Shown here: piece by piece, positions 7,394 through 11,731 of the stretch | How positions within the stretch are numbered: the stretch's first letter is position 1 | Layout of the letters: each line of letters starts with the position of its first letter | Assembly (NCBI GenBank): GCA_964602705.1 | Contig: CAZRSG010000025.1 | Location: forward strand, 5,099-16,829 | Length of the DNA stretch: 11,731 nt | Reading direction: 5' to 3' | Source of the DNA: an uncultured Oscillospiraceae bacterium | Lineage (GTDB): Bacteria; Bacillota; Clostridia; SK-Y3 | Notes under the pieces: model-generated | What the model was told of the DNA's origin: nothing | The model's input: only the letters and a program-made list of their open reading frames with translations | Database searches by the model: none | Program-made: the position numbers and the translations under genes

Positions 7394-8244
7394 TAATCTA
7401 CCCCCAATAAAGCTACTAATTCATTAACACATTCATCTACTTTTATAGTTTCTTGATCTATATCTATTCCATTCTTTCTTAATTCATATGCCAATTCTGT
7501 AACTTGTGGCACGTCTAAACCCGCCTTTTTTAGTTTTTGAACCTGGCTAAAGACTTCTTTCGGTTTTCCCTCCATTATTATTTGAGCCTCTTCCATCACA
7601 AATACCCTATCTGCATCTACTGCTTCATCCATATAGTGGGTTATAAGTATAATAGTTATTCCTTCTTTTTTATTTAAGTTCTTTATAGTATCAATTACTT
7701 CCTTACGACCTATAGGGTCTAACATTGCTGTAGGTTCATCTAAAACTATACATTCCGGTTTCATAGCAATTACACCTGCAATTGCTACCCTTTGTTTTTG
7801 CCCCCCTGATAATAAATGGGGTGCATGCTTCCTATATTCATACATACCTACTGTTTTTAATGCATGGTCTACCCTTTGCCTAATCTCTTGTGGCGGTATT
7901 CCCAAATTTTCAGTGCCAAAGGCTACATCTTCTTCAACTATAGTTGCTACAATTTGATTGTCCGGATTTTGAAATACCATACCTACAGTTTGTCGTATAT
8001 CCCATTGGTAGTCTGGATTGATAGTTTCTTTTTCTTTAATATATACCTTACCCCCTACAGGTAAAAGTAGTGCATTAAAATGTTTTGCCAATGTTGATTT
8101 ACCGGAACCATTATGCCCTAATATGGTTATAAATTCACCCTTGTCTATTTTTAGGTTTATATCTTTTAGAACAAAATCTATTTTCTCTTCTTGCCCATCT
8201 TGATAGGTATATTTTAAATTTTCAGTTTTTATTATGTTATTCAT
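7393..8244 (-). CDS. ecfA1: ECF transporter ATP-binding subunit EcfA1
   Basis: 283 aa. Walker [10 protein letters not shown], signature [13 protein letters not shown], Walker [14 protein letters not shown]-loop ITHYM. It is the first gene after rplQ, as in the conserved Firmicutes arrangement rplQ-ecfA1-ecfA2-ecfT-truA. Confidence 0.9.
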   Translation of the reverse strand: MNNIIKTENLKYTYQDGQEEKIDFVLKDINLKIDKGEFITILGHNGSGKSTLAKHFNALLLPVGGKVYIKEKETINPDYQWDIRQTVGMVFQNPDNQIVATIVEEDVAFGTENLGIPPQEIRQRVDHALKTVGMYEYRKHAPHLLSGGQKQRVAIAGVIAMKPECIVLDEPTAMLDPIGRKEVIDTIKNLNKKEGITIILITHYMDEAVDADRVFVMEEAQIIMEGKPKEVFSQVQKLKKAGLDVPQVTELAYELRKNGIDIDQETIKVDECVNELVALLGVD

Positions 8245-8355
8245 TTTAGGTCTTGCCTTCCTTTAAATAGTTTAATCTTTTTATATTATACTATACTTTC
8301 GATATTATAAAAGTAAAAAGATATATTTTTATTTTTCTTAATTAAAACTTTACTT

Positions 8356-8382
8356 TTTATATCAAATAATTATTGTTATCAA
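8356..8382 (-). promoter_or_regulatory. Candidate sigma-A-type promoter for ecfA1-ecfA2-ecfT(-truA)
   Basis: Read on the minus strand: TTGATA (8382->8377), a 15-nt spacer, then an extended -10 TGaTATAAA (8364->8356). It lies immediately downstream of the rplQ terminator and about 110 nt upstream of the ecfA1 ATG. The spacer is short, and such matches arise by chance in AT-rich DNA. Confidence 0.25.
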
Positions 8383-8429
8383 TAAAAAAAGATATTAGAT
8401 ATACACTCCTTGTGTTCACCTAATATCTT
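8383..8429 (-). terminator. Rho-independent terminator downstream of rplQ
   Basis: Perfect 10-bp inverted repeat aagatattag (8389-8398) / ctaatatctt (8420-8429). An inner 4-bp stem acac (8403-8406) / gtgt (8412-8415) closes a 5-nt loop. On the minus-strand RNA the 3' arm runs directly into a U-tract (CUAAUAUCUUUUUUUAUU, the complement of the A-run at 8384-8390). The hairpin starts 25 nt after the rplQ stop. Confidence 0.6.
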
Positions 8430-8454
8430 GATTTATTATTAGTATAATTAAGCC

Positions 8455-8796
8455 TTACACTAATTCTATTATTGCCATTTCGGCAGCGTCGCCTCGTCGT
8501 GGCCCCATTTTCATTATTCTTGTATAGCCGCCTTTTCGTTCTTCATATTTAGGAGCGATTGTTTCAAATAGTTTTGTTACTACATCTTCTTTTGTAATAT
8601 AAGCAAGTGCTTGCCTTCTCGAATGTAATGAGTTTTCTTTTCCAAGAGTTATCATCTTTTCTGCCATGCTTCTTACTTCTTTTGCTTTGGCAAGTGTAGT
8701 TTCAATCCTACCATTTTCTAATAAGAAAGTAACAAGGTTTCTTAACATGGCCTTTCTTTGATCGGTTTTACGTCCTAATTTTCTTACACCCGGCAT
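8455..8796 (-). CDS. rplQ: 50S ribosomal protein L17
   Basis: 113 aa. [18 protein letters not shown]...[18 protein letters not shown]...H.RRQ...[15 protein letters not shown] is an unmistakable L17 sequence. SD AAGGAGG lies upstream. It follows rpoA. Confidence 0.97.
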   Translation of the reverse strand: MPGVRKLGRKTDQRKAMLRNLVTFLLENGRIETTLAKAKEVRSMAEKMITLGKENSLHSRRQALAYITKEDVVTKLFETIAPKYEERKGGYTRIMKMGPRRGDAAEMAIIELV

Positions 8797-8854
8797 AAAC
8801 TATACCTCCTTTTCACCATAATTTAGCCTTATAATGACTTTTCCCTTAATATTC

Positions 8855-9802
8855 TTACTCTTCATTTGGTGCAAGTGCTAATTCTAAGGCAGCAAGTTTA
8901 TTTATAACTTCCTCTAAGGATTTTCTGCCAAGGTTACGCACTTTCATCATATCAGCTTCTGTTCTTTGGATAAGTTCTTCTACAGTATTTATTCCTGCTC
9001 TCTTTAAACAGTTATATGATCGTACCGATAAATCAAGTTCTTCAACTGTCATTTCTAAGACCTTTTCTTTCTTTGTTTCTTCTTTTTCTATCATTATTTC
9101 TACATCTTTAGTATGTTCCGATAAGTCAATAAAGAGGTTAAGGTGTTCATTAAGCACCTTCGCACCTAAACTTATTGCTTCATCCGGTTTAATTGTACCA
9201 TTAGTCCATATTTCTAATGTTAATTTATCATAATCAGTTACCTGGCCTACCCGGGTATCTTCCACTAAATAATTAACTTTTCGTACCGGTGTATATATAG
9301 AATCTACAGGTATCACACCTATAGGTTGACCTTCTGTTTTGTTGTTTTCTGCAAGAACATAACCCCTGCCTTTATCTAATGTTATTTCTATATATAACTT
9401 TGCGTCTTTATTTAATGTAGCTATGTGCAAATCAGGATTTAATATCTCTACATCTGCATCAGTTTTAATATCACCCGCCGTAATAATACATTCGCCTTCT
9501 GCTTCAATATAGACAACTTTTGAAGTATCTGAATGAAGTTTGACAGCCAGGTTTTTTATATTAAGTATAATTTCTACTACATCTTCTGTAACTCCGGGAA
9601 TGGTTGAAAATTCGTGCAATATACCATCTATTTTTATAGATGTAGCTGCTACGCCCGGAAGAGATGATAATAAAATTCTTCTTAGTGAATTTCCTAAGGT
9701 TGTTCCATAACCCCTTTCCAAAGGTTCAACAACATACCTACCATACCTGTCATCTTCACTAACTTCTAAACATTCTATTCTTGGCTTTTCAATTTCTATC
9801 AT
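8855..9802 (-). CDS. rpoA: DNA-directed RNA polymerase subunit alpha
   Basis: 315 aa. The N-terminal domain reads [30 protein letters not shown]. The C-terminal domain has the helix-hairpin-helix [23 protein letters not shown]...[25 protein letters not shown] lies upstream. Confidence 0.97.
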   Translation of the reverse strand: MIEIEKPRIECLEVSEDDRYGRYVVEPLERGYGTTLGNSLRRILLSSLPGVAATSIKIDGILHEFSTIPGVTEDVVEIILNIKNLAVKLHSDTSKVVYIEAEGECIITAGDIKTDADVEILNPDLHIATLNKDAKLYIEITLDKGRGYVLAENNKTEGQPIGVIPVDSIYTPVRKVNYLVEDTRVGQVTDYDKLTLEIWTNGTIKPDEAISLGAKVLNEHLNLFIDLSEHTKDVEIMIEKEETKKEKVLEMTVEELDLSVRSYNCLKRAGINTVEELIQRTEADMMKVRNLGRKSLEEVINKLAALELALAPNEE

Positions 9803-9894
9803 TTAAACCCTCCTTGTTTTACATTTTTAATTTTTTTCCCCGAGGGCAACTGAGTTAAGTAATATCTATAATATATCAATATATCTTATAGATA

Positions 9895-10521
9895 TTAACG
9901 TGAGTATAACTCTACAATTAAATGTTCTTCTATTGGTAAGTCTATATCTTCCCTGCTTGGTAAAGTTATTACTCGTGCTTCAAGTGTTTCTTTGTTTAAG
10001 TCTAACCATTCCGGAAGTATTCTGCCTTCTAAATCTTCCACTACTGCTTGTATTTTTGGCAAACTTCTGCTTTTTTCCCTGATACTTATTACATCGCCTT
10101 CTTTTACAAGGTAAGATGGAATATCAACCTTTTTACCATTAACAAGGAAGTGTGCATGCCTAACCAGTTGTCTTGCCTCCGGCCTTGACATAGCAAATCC
10201 TATTCTAAAAATCACATTATCTAATCGTGATTCTAAGATTTGTAGTAAATTTTCACCTGTTATACCCTGTTTTTTAGTTGCCATTATAAAATATTTTCTA
10301 AATTGACTTTCTAATACTCCATAATACCTTCTAACTTTTTGTTTTTCTCTCAATTGCAGTCCATATTCCGACATCTTTCTTCTTCCTTGACCATGTTGAC
10401 CGGGAGGAAAGTTTCTTCTTTCTATTGGACATTTATCTGTATAACACTTATTCCCTTTAAGAAATAGCTTTTGTCCTTCTCGTCGGCAAAGCCTGCATAC
10501 TGCTCCTGTATATCTTGCCAT
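9895..10521 (-). CDS. rpsD: 30S ribosomal protein S4
   Basis: 208 aa. [25 protein letters not shown]...KC (zinc-ribbon-type N-terminus), [17 protein letters not shown], and the S4 RNA-binding domain [41 protein letters not shown] lies upstream. Confidence 0.97.
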   Translation of the reverse strand: MARYTGAVCRLCRREGQKLFLKGNKCYTDKCPIERRNFPPGQHGQGRRKMSEYGLQLREKQKVRRYYGVLESQFRKYFIMATKKQGITGENLLQILESRLDNVIFRIGFAMSRPEARQLVRHAHFLVNGKKVDIPSYLVKEGDVISIREKSRSLPKIQAVVEDLEGRILPEWLDLNKETLEARVITLPSREDIDLPIEEHLIVELYSR

Positions 10522-10538
10522 CTATTTTTACACCTCCA

Positions 10539-10937
10539 TTAAACCCTTCTTCTTTTTGGTGGCCTACATCCATTATGCGGTATAGGAGTTACATCTTTAA
10601 TAGAGTTAACTTCTAATCCAGCTGCTTGTAATGCCCTTATTGCCGCTTCTCGTCCTGACCCTGGTCCTTTAACAAATACTTCAACAGTTTTTAAACCGTG
10701 CTCCATTGCTGCCTTAGCTGCTGTTTCTGCAGCCATTTGTGCCGCAAATGGTGTGTTTTTCCTTGAACCCCTAAAGCCTAAGCCACCTGCACTTGCCCAT
10801 GATAGGGCATTACCATTAGTATCAGTAATAGTAACAATGGTATTGTTAAAAGTTGACCGGATATGTGCGGCTCCCCGCTCTATATTTTTACGTTCACGAC
10901 GTTTTCGTGTACCTTTTCTTGCACCAACCTTTGCCAT
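10539..10937 (-). CDS. rpsK: 30S ribosomal protein S11
   Basis: 132 aa. [46 protein letters not shown]...[39 protein letters not shown] is classical S11. SD GGAGGGAG lies upstream. Confidence 0.97.
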   Translation of the reverse strand: MAKVGARKGTRKRRERKNIERGAAHIRSTFNNTIVTITDTNGNALSWASAGGLGFRGSRKNTPFAAQMAAETAAKAAMEHGLKTVEVFVKGPGSGREAAIRALQAAGLEVNSIKDVTPIPHNGCRPPKRRRV

Positions 10938-10956
10938 ACTTATTTACTCCCTCCTT

Positions 10957-11325
10957 TTATTTCTTTTTACCTATTGCCATTCTCTTAGGTCCTTTTCTGG
11001 TTCTTGCATTGGTTTTTGTTCTTTGTCCCCTAACAGGCAATCCTCTCCTATGTCTAATACCCCTATAGCTTCCTATTTCCATTAGTCTTTTAATATCTAA
11101 GGAAACTTGCCTGCGTAAATCTCCTTCAACTTCATAATCTGTATCTATTATCTTTCTAAGTTTCGCTACTTCATCATCAGTTAAATCTCTTATTCGAGTA
11201 TCAGGATTAATACCTGTACTTTTTAAGATTTCTTTTGCACTGCTACGACCTATACCAAATATATATGTTAGTCCTATTTCAACTCGTTTATCCCTTGGTA
11301 AGTCTACTCCGGCTATTCTTGCCAT
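10957..11325 (-). CDS. rpsM: 30S ribosomal protein S13 (start corrected relative to the ORF track)
   Basis: [34 protein letters not shown]...[27 protein letters not shown] is classical S13. The ATG at 11323-11325 is preceded by GGGAGGTG with an 8-nt spacer, giving 122 aa. The track's extra MGGVNI comes from an upstream TTG that overlaps that SD. Confidence 0.95.
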   Translation of the reverse strand: MARIAGVDLPRDKRVEIGLTYIFGIGRSSAKEILKSTGINPDTRIRDLTDDEVAKLRKIIDTDYEVEGDLRRQVSLDIKRLMEIGSYRGIRHRRGLPVRGQRTKTNARTRKGPKRMAIGKKK

Positions 11326-11381
11326 AATATTTACACCTCCCAATTTTTACATATAAATATCTTATTTACAATTGTAACTTT

Positions 11382-11495
11382 TTACCCTTGTTTTTGCTTG
11401 TGTTTTGGATTTACACAAATTATTCTTGTTCTGCCCTTACGTTTAATTATTTTACATTTTTCACATATTGGTTTTACCGACGGTCTGACTTTCAT
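11382..11495 (-). CDS. rpmJ: 50S ribosomal protein L36 (not in the supplied ORF track)
   Basis: Hand translation of the minus strand gives [37 protein letters not shown] (37 aa). SD GGAGGG lies upstream of the ATG (11493-11495). The zinc-ribbon pattern C-x2-C-x12-C-x4-H is intact. It sits between infA and rpsM, the canonical position. Confidence 0.93.
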   Translation of the reverse strand: MKVRPSVKPICEKCKIIKRKGRTRIICVNPKHKQKQG

Positions 11496-11561
11496 CGGAA
11501 TCCCTCCTTTAAATATCGGTTACCATATAACTTGTTCTATTTCAAAGTAAGCTTAGTATAG

Positions 11562-11731
11562 TTATTTTGCCCTCCATGTAATTCTTCCACGAGTTAAATC
11601 ATAGGGCGATAACTCTACTGTAACTTTATCACCCGGAAGAATTCTTATGAAATGCATCCTAAGTTTACCGGAAATATGTGCAAGTATAACATGATTATTT
11701 TCTAATTCTACTTTGAACATAGCATTAGGTA
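11562..11731 (-). CDS. infA: Translation initiation factor IF-1, C-terminal ~56 codons (5' end beyond the right window edge; not in the ORF track)
   Basis: Hand translation of the minus strand gives ...[55 protein letters not shown], with the stop TAA at 11562-11564. This is the highly conserved S1-like fold of IF-1. The canonical infA-rpmJ-rpsM order is kept. Confidence 0.9.
   Translation of the reverse strand, partial: PNAMFKVELENNHVILAHISGKLRMHFIRILPGDKVTVELSPYDLTRGRITWRAK

Noticed and set aside
7864-8203. Two plus-strand ORFs (7864..8064 and 8018..8203) antisense to ecfA1
   Set aside because: They are nested antisense in a well-supported ABC ATPase gene, with no SD and no motifs. Shadow ORFs.
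9861-9896. Perfect 10-bp inverted repeat aatatctata / tatagatatt with a 16-nt loop, overlapping the rpsD stop codon
   Set aside because: The stem is almost all A/T (one G:C pair in ten), so it is weak. No U-tract follows it on the minus-strand transcript, and rpoA must be co-transcribed. AT palindromes of this size are expected by chance in such AT-rich spacers. It could be a minor RNA-processing or stability element, but the sequence alone does not support that.
9900-10082. 60-aa plus-strand ORF antisense to rpsD
   Set aside because: Antisense shadow of a highly conserved ribosomal protein gene, with a leucine-rich low-complexity product.
10753-11085. Two plus-strand ORFs (10753..11085 and 10853..11068) antisense to rpsK/rpsM
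   Set aside because: Antisense shadows that span the rpsK-rpsM junction, with no SD and no motifs.
11326-11343. TTG-initiated 6-codon N-terminal extension of S13 (MGGVNI) given in the ORF track
   Set aside because: The extension overlaps the GGGAGGTG SD that serves the ATG at 11323-11325. S13 proteins canonically begin MARIAGV.
1-11731. Scan for CRISPR arrays, tRNA/rRNA genes, IS elements, integrases, toxin-antitoxin pairs or phage-defence genes
   Set aside because: There are no direct-repeat/spacer periodicity and no GC-rich cloverleaf-capable segments in the few intergenic regions. I found no terminal inverted repeats flanking a transposase-like ORF. Every ORF longer than 100 aa is accounted for by the genes listed above.

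Overview
AT-rich chromosomal window that looks Clostridia-like (low-GC Firmicutes). It has two parts. Positions 4882-11731, all on the minus strand, are the conserved tail of the ribosomal-protein/RNA-polymerase supercluster. The order is infA (partial), rpmJ, rpsM, rpsK, rpsD, rpoA, rplQ, an intrinsic terminator, then ecfA1, ecfA2, ecfT and truA. rpmJ and infA are missing from the supplied ORF track and were found by hand translation. The track's rpsM start is 18 nt too long. Positions 1-4858, on the plus strand and convergent on truA, hold a tightly packed three-gene envelope operon that looks accessory. It comprises the 3' part of an FtsX/MacB-type ABC permease, a HlyD-family adaptor that appears internally duplicated with very short hairpins, and an 826-aa secreted protein joined to the adaptor by a GTGA overlap. 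That protein has three N-terminal SLH (cell-wall-binding) modules followed by about 640 aa of degenerate ~55-75-aa repeats that I cannot assign to any family. The most interesting hypothesis is that these three genes encode a wall-tethered pump-adaptor-SLH envelope machine. This rests on linkage and domain logic, not on recognised homology. The operon also sits where rplM-rpsI normally follow truA in Firmicutes. I saw no CRISPR array, tRNA/rRNA gene, transposase or integrase.
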